From Nanobdellota archaeon (GTDB lineage: Archaea; Nanobdellota; Nanobdellia; Woesearchaeales; UBA10107): a DNA stretch of 64,000 nucleotides. The DNA is taken from NCBI GenBank assembly GCA_042571125.1, contig JBHPFU010000001.1:85698-149697 (forward strand), given 5' to 3'. This document shows, piece after piece, positions 37,101-44,829 of the stretch (positions are counted from its first letter, which is position 1; the number at the start of each line of letters is the position of its first letter). The position numbers and the translations under genes were made by a program. The notes beneath the pieces were generated by a model. It made no database searches. It had not been told where the DNA came from and worked only from the letters and a program-made list of their open reading frames with translations.

Positions 37101-38288
37101 ATCCTGGTTGTTGCATATTTCTAATTGCTCGCAAACATCACCAAAACCGTTGTTATTCGAATCTAATTGATCTGAATTGGAATGTTCCGGACAATTATCA
37201 TCCTCATCTAGAATTCCATCGTCATCATTATCATCATCACAAACATCCCCGCAAAGATTTGTGAAAGGATTGCATCCTTCTATTGAACCATCACTGTCTT
37301 TTTGATCTGAATTTTTTATATCGGGGCAGTTATCGATTTTATCTCCTATTCCGTCAGCATCTTTATCTGTTCCATCAACTACTATTCCGAAATTCCACCG
37401 GGTCATGGATTCATCATTATACTTTACTCTTACATACCCGCCTTCGCCCCAACCAGAACCCCAGCTGTTTTTTATTATCCAATACTCTTCTGCGTCATCA
37501 TAACCAACAATAACCATTGCATGAAGTCCTGAAAGACCTCCTGTTGTATGAGAATAAATTCCTCCCCTATACGCATAAAAATCAGAATAAACATCAAAAT
37601 AAATAACAAGAGGTCCCCTTTCAATAAGATATTCTTTAATTTGATTAGAACTTATCCAGAGCTTGCCTGTAACTTTTTTTACTCTTCTTTCCCACCCAAT
37701 ACAAATATTACATCGGCCTCCGTAAATATCAGGAGTAGACTGGTGGTATGGTGCACAGGCTTCATCAACAACGCCTACATCTTTTATAAAATCAAGAGCA
37801 CGATAAGGATATCCTCCGCTACAACTCCCACAATCTACACAACAGTCAGATACTATGTGCTTCTCAGCTAAATCATAATCAAGATCAGGATTGTTTGAGT
37901 TTATATTAAACTGAGCTTCTACTGCGCTCAGAGTTGAAAAAGCCCAGCAACTTCCGCAATAGGCCTGGTTTTTTACAGAAGTCATCCAATCTTTTCCATC
38001 TTTATTTCTCCAGTTAAAAGAAGAAGGAACCGATGTAATGCTTTGGACACTAAAAAGTCTTGGCTGATCTAATTGCATTGTTGAAATTTCTTGTAATAAT
38101 TCAGATTCATCAATGCCGAAAAGTTTTTCTTTTTCTTCTTGCGATAAATCAAAAATATCGTTATGATCAGCAGTCCAGTCAGCACCTTTTTCATCTATTG
38201 CTTTCTTGATATCGTCTAATTCATCAGCAGATACAAAGCTAGCCAATAAAAGAAATACAAACACAATGGTTAGTTTATTGGCCCCCAT
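34101..38288 (-). CDS. Giant secreted multidomain protein: papain-like (C1) cysteine peptidase + thrombospondin type-3 Ca-binding repeats + TIM-barrel glycosidase-like domain + Cys-rich C-terminal modules
   Basis: Signal peptide MGANKLTIVFVFLLLASFVSA. C1 motifs QAYCGSCWAFS (Cys114, codon 37949-37947), HAMVIVGYD and NSWGSGWGEGGY. TSP3-like DxDxDGxxDxxDNCP repeats occur at least three times. GVNTIRTYS, WGIGSEV (Glu991) and LLGEFG (Glu1078) resemble a clan GH-A barrel. The last roughly 260 aa is rich in Cys repeats. Confidence 0.8.
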   Translation of the reverse strand: MGANKLTIVFVFLLLASFVSADELDDIKKAIDEKGADWTADHNDIFDLSQEEKEKLFGIDESELLQEISTMQLDQPRLFSVQSITSVPSSFNWRNKDGKDWMTSVKNQAYCGSCWAFSTLSAVEAQFNINSNNPDLDYDLAEKHIVSDCCVDCGSCSGGYPYRALDFIKDVGVVDEACAPYHQSTPDIYGGRCNICIGWERRVKKVTGKLWISSNQIKEYLIERGPLVIYFDVYSDFYAYRGGIYSHTTGGLSGLHAMVIVGYDDAEEYWIIKNSWGSGWGEGGYVRVKYNDESMTRWNFGIVVDGTDKDADGIGDKIDNCPDIKNSDQKDSDGSIEGCNPFTNLCGDVCDDDNDDDGILDEDDNCPEHSNSDQLDSNNNGFGDVCEQLEICNNQDDDGDGLIDNRLSNCACTQELEYVEDSVWLFPEHTRVDVNTGGGLFGEPTKSESEWFYVNYNGAPAHAEFEARQEAWSEFEMYHADRDGSYTGGRIFEYSNDGSSWSGNLDQGWYRLYVRVKKYWTFTTGATGRIKLDYYRKEFDLKDVIKNGTGPSPEVCDHGIDNDCDGEVDEVCDDADTDGLYDDEDNCPLISNYDQNDSDPLIGHNIGFESGDKQGWATDSYTDTSSYYSYSDVVDSESYWGNHSARIRQAHWGYEHIKQTVNLKQGSTISWALKGEGDISGVRDGNSGAYIRFAGNNGFVECWRFSPDYGSLRDCDLVHIVNDGWDGEWHEYTFTVSNYFITNGSGDVEIDTWFQNMDGIYTYYFDVEELLDGVGDSCDNCPYNYNPDQSDTDNDGIGDSCDPDDEFVRIVDGKIYVNKSLFLIKGVSYAPWISTTGPSPGQSQFPGEYEDITSFVTENGEVQITDYNGDGKIQTWEMIQYDLETMKSLGVNTIRTYSSGWWHDRNLNGVSEDEIIQGDLQEWVFDRIINFSENNNMKLIIGYWVQEEDFSGNYPWTTDLNDLDVAKDTIRKIVERYGDSPAVIAWGIGSEVYGSWNHAWFNWGVNIADYLNSLNDYVRSIDSSSKPIMYSKHPGSSANLNSINADIIAINARTSSAQELQGEFNISAPQGRAYLLGEFGQDLEDAEGQWNLSQQYAGGFFLEHNDVWWKGSNNLFGVVDTNRAKNLDRYNELNYLYTGHSECMTDNDCSHLDSGDYCEVDSVINNVGKCVFHSCKVETVTKETCDDACQDGSCIDFECSFNSDCGSDDWVNSPYCDGDEVWQQFREYDCVNPGTIDSYCTYDNEHQEKESCTDGCSDGSCIECQSQSQRVCYDGNAYWSDSCGNRENIIEYCSTDFLPGTSFCSGNTVYRYWQPQGCASGYCVAFNGYELREEETCPYKCVDGGCVECQPKLECTAWGPSTCPVFMNGILIDKQSRTCVETECGGGEWTETREC

Positions 38289-38401
38289 GAGTACAATTAT
38301 TGGTAAAATCAGTATATCTTTTTAGTCAATATATTTCTTAGTGCCACTATTTTGATAAAAAGAGATTATACTCAAATATTCAATATATAATTCACTATTG
38401 A

Positions 38402-38418
38402 GAATATACTATATATTC
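38402..38418. promoter_or_regulatory. Perfect palindrome GAATATA-CTA-TATATTC in a divergent intergenic region
   Basis: Seen directly in the sequence. It lies between the divergent starts at 38288 (-) and 38472 (+). The region also contains the 10-mer AGTATATCTT at 38311-38320 and 38431-38440. Confidence 0.4.
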
Positions 38419-38471
38419 AAAAATTATATAAGTATATCTTGCTTACTAAACCATATTGTCGTGGGGCTCAA

Positions 38472-39470
38472 ATGAAAAGAAAAATAATCAAACAAGGCCA
38501 TAATACGCTAACAATGACTCTTCCTTCTGATTGGGTTAAAAAACAGGGTCTTTCTGCAGGAGAAGAAGTAGATCTGATTGAAACAGACAATTCTTTGATT
38601 ATTAATGGAGATGGTGCAGGAGAGCCAAAAAAAGCTGAAATTAACATTAAAGATTTTACAATCCCTTTGTTATGGAGATATTTCCAGGCAGCATATAGGG
38701 CTGGCTGTGACGAAATAAAGATTGTTTTTGATACTAGCAAGAAAAAATACCAGGATGCTTATCATTATTATACAACTCAGTTTGATTATGCTAAGCTTGG
38801 AGAAAAATTACCCCCAAAACCTGGAAACGCAATGATCCAAGAAGTTGTTAACAGATTTATTGGTGTTGATATTCTGGAATCTGGTGAAAAATATTGTCTT
38901 GTTAAAGAGTTAGGAGGCGTTTCTCCAAAAGAATTTGAAACATCTTTGAGAAGAATATTCTTGGTTATTATTCAGATGTTTGACAGAGTTTACGAAGCAA
39001 TCGAGAAGAATCAAATTGGAGATCCAACTTTATGTAAAGAGATCCATACAATTGACTTGAATGTTGACAAATTTGTAGATTATTGTGCAAGAATTTTGAA
39101 TAAAACAAATACAAAATTTTCTGATAAGGAAAAGCAATTGATTTTTTCTAGTTTATTTTTGCTTGAATTAGTTGGAGATGAATTTAAGTATATTGGAAAG
39201 CATATTGCAACATCTGAGAAATCATTGAAGGATGTTTTACCAATGGTTACACTTGCAAAAGATCACTTTAATATGTATCACTCTCTTTATTATAAATTTG
39301 ATAGAGAACAATCTCTTAGATTTGGAGCGAAGGACGCTGAATTGTACGAAACTGGATACAAACTTAAATATCAATTAACAGGGGACAGTAAAAGTATCCA
39401 TAAACATCTTATGCTAGTCAGTAAATTTACACTTTCTTTGATGGAATTAAGAACTCAGATGGAGTTCTGA
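38472..39470 (+). CDS. AbrB/SpoVT-domain + PhoU-like regulator (archaeal phosphate uptake regulator family)
   Basis: N-terminus MKRKIIKQGHNTLTMTLPSDWVKKQGLSAGEEVDL is an AbrB-type swapped-hairpin motif. A roughly 230-aa helical repeat region follows, as in archaeal PhoU homologs. ATG at 38472. Confidence 0.6.
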   Translation: MKRKIIKQGHNTLTMTLPSDWVKKQGLSAGEEVDLIETDNSLIINGDGAGEPKKAEINIKDFTIPLLWRYFQAAYRAGCDEIKIVFDTSKKKYQDAYHYYTTQFDYAKLGEKLPPKPGNAMIQEVVNRFIGVDILESGEKYCLVKELGGVSPKEFETSLRRIFLVIIQMFDRVYEAIEKNQIGDPTLCKEIHTIDLNVDKFVDYCARILNKTNTKFSDKEKQLIFSSLFLLELVGDEFKYIGKHIATSEKSLKDVLPMVTLAKDHFNMYHSLYYKFDREQSLRFGAKDAELYETGYKLKYQLTGDSKSIHKHLMLVSKFTLSLMELRTQMEF

Positions 39471-39575
39471 GAGCCTATTCTTCTTGTTTTTAATAGGTTG
39501 AAATGCTAGAATTATGCAGTTATACGCTTTCTAAAGCTTATTTAAAACGAAAGCTTTATATATCTGTTATTACTT

Positions 39576-39773
39576 ATGAGTACTCAAATGAAGCGTAAAA
39601 TAACCCAAAATAAACACCAGTATAAGGTTAGCTTACCGGTTGAGTTACTTAGAAAGCTAGACTGGGATGGTTCTACTGAAATCAAATTCCATGAAGTTGA
39701 TACACCTCAAGGAAGAGGTCTTTTGATTCTTAAAAACAAAGATGAGGTTATGAAGTTAAACATTAGAAAATGA
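39576..39773 (+). CDS. Stand-alone AbrB/SpoVT-like small DNA-binding protein
   Basis: MKRKITQNKHQYKVSLPVELLRKLDWDGSTEIKF matches the N-termini of both PhoU-like genes. The stop overlaps the kinase ATG (ATGA at 39770-39773). The start may be the internal ATG at 39588. Confidence 0.55.
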   Translation: MSTQMKRKITQNKHQYKVSLPVELLRKLDWDGSTEIKFHEVDTPQGRGLLILKNKDEVMKLNIRK

Positions 39774-41431
39774 ATATAGAACATGAAAAGGATATAGAAT
39801 TCATCAAAGATATTCTTTCAGATAAATATCAGAATATTCAATACTTAAAAGAAGGTGGAACAAGAAGGACCTACCTTGCAGAATGGGGTCCTGGAAAAGA
39901 AAAAAGAGTTATTAAGATTGATAAAGATCCAGAAAGCCCAAGAGCAAAAAGGCACGTTGAAAGAGGATGTGTTACTGAGAGAGATATTGAATTCTTAGCG
40001 CAAATTAAAGATCCAGAACAGCATCGTCTAGTTAGACTTTGTGATTTTGAGGTAAAAGACGGAAGAACAATATCTGTAGAATCTCATTTTGAATCAAAAA
40101 CATTAGAAGAGACTGTTAAGGAAGAAGGAGTTCTTAATAGAAGAGAATTTGAAACAGCATTCTCTCATGTTATCGAAGGAACAAGATATCTTGATGAAAT
40201 TGGATTATATCATAGAGATGAAAAACCTTCCAATATACTTATCAAAAGAGATAAAGGAGGAATTGAAGCAAGAATTACTGATTTTGCAAATGCTTGTAAG
40301 AAATCACAGCCAAAGAGAAAGTATCTTCCGACAATGGGAGGTCATTTAATTACAGATCCTAATCTAATAGGAGAATTTACAGGAACAGAAACCAATTACA
40401 ATGAAACATCAGAGGTTTATGCTCTTGGTGTAGACATGTTCTACGCTTTAACAGGCAAGTATATCTTTGAGTATGATTACGATACTAGAACTGCAAGAGA
40501 TTTCAAAGGAAGAAATCTACTTAATGAGAATGGAAGACTTGACAAAGAGAAACATGAGAGAACATTAGAAGAAGCTTTAACGTTCTTACCTAGAGAATCA
40601 AGAAAGTATTCTGGAATAATCAAGAACTGTTTAACTCTTGATGATACGGTTAGATATGATTCAGTACATGAGCTTTCAAAAGATTTCAAAGATAAAAGCG
40701 ACCAGATAAAAGCAATGAAAAGAAAATATCTCGCAGGAGCAGGAGTAGCAGCTTCTATTTTAGTATTGCTTGCAACTCTTGGTACGGGCAAAGTAAAAAA
40801 TATAGAAAAATATGATGCTGTGAGACAAGAACAGGTAGATAGATGGTCTAGTTACAATTCAGATAGATATCAGGATATTTTTTCAGATGCATATGATCAT
40901 GCAATAAGAGCGTTCTCAGATGGAAAGCTGGACAATAAATTAAAATTTAATCAAAGAGATAAATTAATTGATGAAGTCTCTGAAAAATATGCTCTAGATT
41001 CAAGATTGATAAGAGATATTCTTGAAGTTAATAGACTTTACGCTGGAGAAGATACTAAATATGGTGGCAGAGGAAGAGCATCAGATGTTAATATATTTGA
41101 TCCATTCTTGACTCATCATTTTGGAGATGATCTTGGAGTAATTGACCCTGTTGAAAATCTAGAAAGAGGAGCAAAAAGATTATCAGAGTTACTTAAAAAA
41201 CATAAGGGAGATGAGAAGAAAGCACTTATCGAATTTTATTCGATTCAACCAAAAAAAAGTACGTTTGGTATGTCTTGGAGGTATGGTACTTTTAGTGATA
41301 GTGAAAGAGAAACCACAGAAAAAGAAGCAAAGATGTTAGCATGGAATGTTTTAAATGGTGGATGTAAATGGGAAGGGCACGGAACAATGCACCCGTATCC
41401 ATATCTCGATTTAACTCCTAAAGATTTCTAG
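39770..41431 (+). CDS. Membrane-anchored eukaryotic-type Ser/Thr protein kinase with extracytoplasmic C-terminal domain
   Basis: VIKIDK (beta3 Lys). Catalytic loop YHRDEKPSNILI (HRD codons 40211-40219). ITDFANA is a DFG-to-DFA variant. SEVYALGVDMFYALTG fits subdomain IX. One TM helix, YLAGAGVAASILVLLATLGTG. About 210 aa follow outside the membrane. Confidence 0.75.
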   Translation: MNIEHEKDIEFIKDILSDKYQNIQYLKEGGTRRTYLAEWGPGKEKRVIKIDKDPESPRAKRHVERGCVTERDIEFLAQIKDPEQHRLVRLCDFEVKDGRTISVESHFESKTLEETVKEEGVLNRREFETAFSHVIEGTRYLDEIGLYHRDEKPSNILIKRDKGGIEARITDFANACKKSQPKRKYLPTMGGHLITDPNLIGEFTGTETNYNETSEVYALGVDMFYALTGKYIFEYDYDTRTARDFKGRNLLNENGRLDKEKHERTLEEALTFLPRESRKYSGIIKNCLTLDDTVRYDSVHELSKDFKDKSDQIKAMKRKYLAGAGVAASILVLLATLGTGKVKNIEKYDAVRQEQVDRWSSYNSDRYQDIFSDAYDHAIRAFSDGKLDNKLKFNQRDKLIDEVSEKYALDSRLIRDILEVNRLYAGEDTKYGGRGRASDVNIFDPFLTHHFGDDLGVIDPVENLERGAKRLSELLKKHKGDEKKALIEFYSIQPKKSTFGMSWRYGTFSDSERETTEKEAKMLAWNVLNGGCKWEGHGTMHPYPYLDLTPKDF

Positions 41432-42337
41432 TTATAAAAACAAGCCCATCAAAGGACTATTTGCTAAGTAAATATTTCTGGCAGCGATTGTTAAGTGTCC
41501 AATAATAATATTTTCTTTTCCTTTTATTGTTGATAACAAATTATATGCTTTTTTGTATGTTAATTCCTTTTCTTTATCATGAATTTCTTCTAATAACTTA
41601 ATATCTTTCTTTAGGTATGCTTTTTTTAGCAATTCAAATAGATTATTTCCATCTTTTAGAAAATTTAATGTTGATTTTGAGATTTTTACCTTATTTTTAT
41701 CTAAAAATCGATTAATATGGTAGACTTCTCTCTGTGCGTGTATGATTAATGTAAGAAAAGCCCAGTATAACTGAGCATTTTTCTCTGTTATCTGTTTTTT
41801 TGCGATAACTCTCCTACAAAAGTTATCATACTGTTGTATTCTTGCTTCTGTTTCTTCATAATCTTCGATTGGAGCCTTATTTGTGAGTCTTTGCTCTGTT
41901 ATTTTGATTAATTCAGTTATATTGTATAGTATTTTTTGAAGTAAAACATTAAATTGATCTGAAGAAGGTTCGGTTATATTTTCTATTATGCAATTATTCT
42001 GCTCTTTTTTGATTATTTCAAAACCTAACAATCTAGTTTTTACAACATTATTTATTATCTTAAATTGTTTTTCTTTTTCAAAAGAAACTGTAACTTTGTC
42101 ATAACCTAATCTATACGTGTTTGTTAATATAGTTCTTATTGAAGATTCTGTTAGTCCTGTCACTTTTACTTCTGTGCTTGTTTTTGTTTTAATTTTTCTT
42201 GGAGAAATAACTAATTCATTTTCAGCTTGTTCTATGTTGATGAGGTTTCCTGCTTTTAGCTTCATTTCATCTACCCATTTTTTTGGAAGGTAGATAGTAT
42301 AACCTCCTCCGCCTTGTTTTATTAGCTTTCTTTCCAT
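41432..42337 (-). CDS. AbrB/SpoVT-domain + PhoU-like regulator, second copy
   Basis: MERKLIKQGGGGYTIYLPKKWVDEMKLKAGNLINI plus a helical PhoU-like remainder. The probable ATG is at 42337; the track ORF extends to 42400. The stop abuts the kinase stop with zero spacing. Confidence 0.6.
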   Translation of the reverse strand: MERKLIKQGGGGYTIYLPKKWVDEMKLKAGNLINIEQAENELVISPRKIKTKTSTEVKVTGLTESSIRTILTNTYRLGYDKVTVSFEKEKQFKIINNVVKTRLLGFEIIKKEQNNCIIENITEPSSDQFNVLLQKILYNITELIKITEQRLTNKAPIEDYEETEARIQQYDNFCRRVIAKKQITEKNAQLYWAFLTLIIHAQREVYHINRFLDKNKVKISKSTLNFLKDGNNLFELLKKAYLKKDIKLLEEIHDKEKELTYKKAYNLLSTIKGKENIIIGHLTIAARNIYLANSPLMGLFL

Positions 42338-42473
42338 AGATGAAATAGTGGTTTCTTTATATATAAATCTTTGGTTTTTGATATTAATGATATCAATCAT
42401 ATCAGAAAGATATTAATCTTAGTTATTGAAATAACTTCATAGTGACAAACGGGGGTTTGGTGGAGAAAAGAAA

Positions 42474-43313
42474 ATGACAAAGATACACGTAGCAACAGAT
42501 CAACATTATATTGATAGTATGGAAAGGATGCTTAAACAGTTTGGATTCAATAAGAGCTATCACTTTCTTGGGGATATAACTCCACATTATGAGACAAAGG
42601 ATGATGAGACTAACCTAAAAGCCAGAGTAAATGAAATCAAAGAAAAATATCCTCGTGCTTCTGGAAATCAAGTATATGATCACATGATCACAGATGATAT
42701 TGGAAGAGCTCTTGAAGATTATGAAAAAATTCCTAGAAACACTGCAAGAAGGATAGGATTTATCGAAGAAAATAAGTCTAATTCAGTAGTTTCAATTTCA
42801 GGCAATACAGATTTAATATTTCATGGTATGCTTGAAACATTGTCAGATGTAACTGGAATCGGGACCCCTACAAACCTTGATTTACTTAGAGGTACAAAAG
42901 CCATCAAGTTTCAATACAAAGAACCTCTTCATTGGGGATGGGATGAAAGCACAAATATTTATGAAATTCCGTTCTCTGAAGACGAGTTTAGTACAAAACG
43001 ATTAGCTGATTTATTTTCATCTTCTGTACATCGTTATAGAAATCATCTGATTCTAACGCATGAAAATCCACATCCAGAAGGTGTTGGAATAAAAAGAGAA
43101 GTAAAAATGCAGAAAACTTTAGATTCTTTTATTGATACAATACGTGATGCAAACAAAAATTCAAACATAGCTCTTGCATGCGGTCATCTGCATGTTTCTG
43201 GAGATCCTTACGAATACAGAGGGATAACAATCGTTCCAATTGCTCCAGACGAAGTCATGAAATATGATACTAAAAAAGGAGATTTCAAGGTCGTAAAAGC
43301 AGATAATATGTAA
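42474..43313 (+). CDS. Calcineurin-like metallophosphoesterase
   Basis: Five motifs occur in the canonical order: IHVATDQH (DxH), FLGDI (GD), ISGNTD (GNHD variant), LILTHENPH and ACGHLH (GHxH). Confidence 0.6.
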   Translation: MTKIHVATDQHYIDSMERMLKQFGFNKSYHFLGDITPHYETKDDETNLKARVNEIKEKYPRASGNQVYDHMITDDIGRALEDYEKIPRNTARRIGFIEENKSNSVVSISGNTDLIFHGMLETLSDVTGIGTPTNLDLLRGTKAIKFQYKEPLHWGWDESTNIYEIPFSEDEFSTKRLADLFSSSVHRYRNHLILTHENPHPEGVGIKREVKMQKTLDSFIDTIRDANKNSNIALACGHLHVSGDPYEYRGITIVPIAPDEVMKYDTKKGDFKVVKADNM

Positions 43314-43323
43314 GGAGAATAAA

Positions 43324-44829
43324 ATGAAAGAGGAATGGAAATACCTTTGGAAAGCAAGACCTTATGATATTATGCTGATGGGTTTAGCAAGCGATTCTGT
43401 TACTCAAGGTTTTAAAAAGACATTTGGGTATGAAATCACAGGACTGGCCGTACCTTTTGAGAAAGGAGTTTCAAGCTGGGCAATTAAAAAGAAAGAGTTA
43501 ATTGAAGCTTGCGATGTACTATTTAATAAACTAAAAACAAAAGATTTCTTTGAAAATAACAAAAAAGAAGTCATTGATTATTGCGAAAAGCTAAACAATT
43601 TATCTGAAAAAGCCAAAAGAACAAGTCTAAATGAGCTTTCAGATGAAGAACTTATTAACTTGTTCAAAGAATTCAAGATATTGTTCAAAGAATTTTATGT
43701 CAATGCATTCGTTCCAATCATATTAGAATATGGAGGAAACATTCTTTCTGATAAGTGTGAATTATTCATAAAAAAGAGATTAGAAGAAAAAGAAATCCAA
43801 GATAAGTTTGGGGATTATTTTATGGCATTGCTGACAAGCCCAGAGTTATCAGGAAATGCAAAAGAAGAACTAGGGTTTTTGAGAGTTGTTAAGGAGTTTA
43901 CAGATAATCCGGAACTTGTTGAGCTTTTCAAATCAGATGAAGAAACAATAAAAAACAATATAACTAATTTTGAACAGGCAAACCAAGCAATAAAACAGCA
44001 TATGAATGAATATGAAGTAACTTCTTTTGATCTTGTAGCAACAATTGTTTGGGATAAGAATTATTATCTTAACAGGGTAGCTGAGACTTTAAAAAACATC
44101 GATATTGATAAGAAAATTAACGAGATTGAAACAAAAGGAGAAGTTCTAACAAAAGAACAAGAAAGGATAACATCTGAACTTGATTTTTCTCCAGAAGAAA
44201 AAAGAATGCTAGAGATTACAAGAGGGTACATGGGATTAAAAGAGTACAGAAGATGGGTGATAACCGAGAGTTACTACAGAATTTTTAAGATTATGGAAGA
44301 GACTGGAAAAAGAGTTGGTATTGACAAAGAAAAGATTGGATACCTTACACCAGATGAGTTTGAACAAGTTTTTGAAAAGAAAGATGAATTCAAACAAATT
44401 GTTGATAAGAGAGCAGATAAGAGCGTTGCGATTAGTTCTGAAGGAAAAACCACGTTTTATTATGATTTTGAGCTTGGAGAAAAAGAAGAAAAAGTTTCTG
44501 AAGACATTTCTGAATTAAAAGGAACCCCTGCTTGCTCAGGTAATGAACGAGGAGTTGTTAGAGTTATTAATAATCTTGAAGAGGCAGAGAAGATGAACCA
44601 AGGAGATATTCTAGTTTCAGTAGCAACCTGCCCAGAACTTGTTCCAACAATGAAGAGGGCAGCAGCAATTGTCACAGACGAAGGCGGAGTAACATGTCAC
44701 GCTGCGATTGTTTCTAGAGAACTTGGAGTTCCATGCGTTATCGGAACAAAAATAGCTACAAAAGTCTTCAAAGACGGAGATTCTGTTGAAGTTGATGCAA
44801 AAGAAGGAGTTGTGAGGAAGTTAAAATGA
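43324..44829 (+). CDS. Orphan PEP-utilizing-enzyme swivel (phosphohistidine) domain protein, paralog 1, with novel helical N-terminal domain
   Basis: C-terminal LKGTPACSGNERGVVRVI...GDILVSVATCPELVPTMKRAAAIVTDEGGVTCHAAIVSRELGVPCVIG (His459, codon 44698-44700). No GGKGANL or RSSATAED ATP-grasp motifs. No C-terminal barrel. AAGGAG lies 6 nt upstream of the ATG. Confidence 0.8.
   Translation: MKEEWKYLWKARPYDIMLMGLASDSVTQGFKKTFGYEITGLAVPFEKGVSSWAIKKKELIEACDVLFNKLKTKDFFENNKKEVIDYCEKLNNLSEKAKRTSLNELSDEELINLFKEFKILFKEFYVNAFVPIILEYGGNILSDKCELFIKKRLEEKEIQDKFGDYFMALLTSPELSGNAKEELGFLRVVKEFTDNPELVELFKSDEETIKNNITNFEQANQAIKQHMNEYEVTSFDLVATIVWDKNYYLNRVAETLKNIDIDKKINEIETKGEVLTKEQERITSELDFSPEEKRMLEITRGYMGLKEYRRWVITESYYRIFKIMEETGKRVGIDKEKIGYLTPDEFEQVFEKKDEFKQIVDKRADKSVAISSEGKTTFYYDFELGEKEEKVSEDISELKGTPACSGNERGVVRVINNLEEAEKMNQGDILVSVATCPELVPTMKRAAAIVTDEGGVTCHAAIVSRELGVPCVIGTKIATKVFKDGDSVEVDAKEGVVRKLK

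Noticed and set aside
34548-37871. Plus-strand ORFs (and a minus-strand alternative-frame ORF, 36773-36979) inside the giant secreted protein gene
   Set aside because: All lie within a 4.2-kb gene that has a signal peptide and ordered domain motifs. Their translations are His/Leu/Ile-rich noise.
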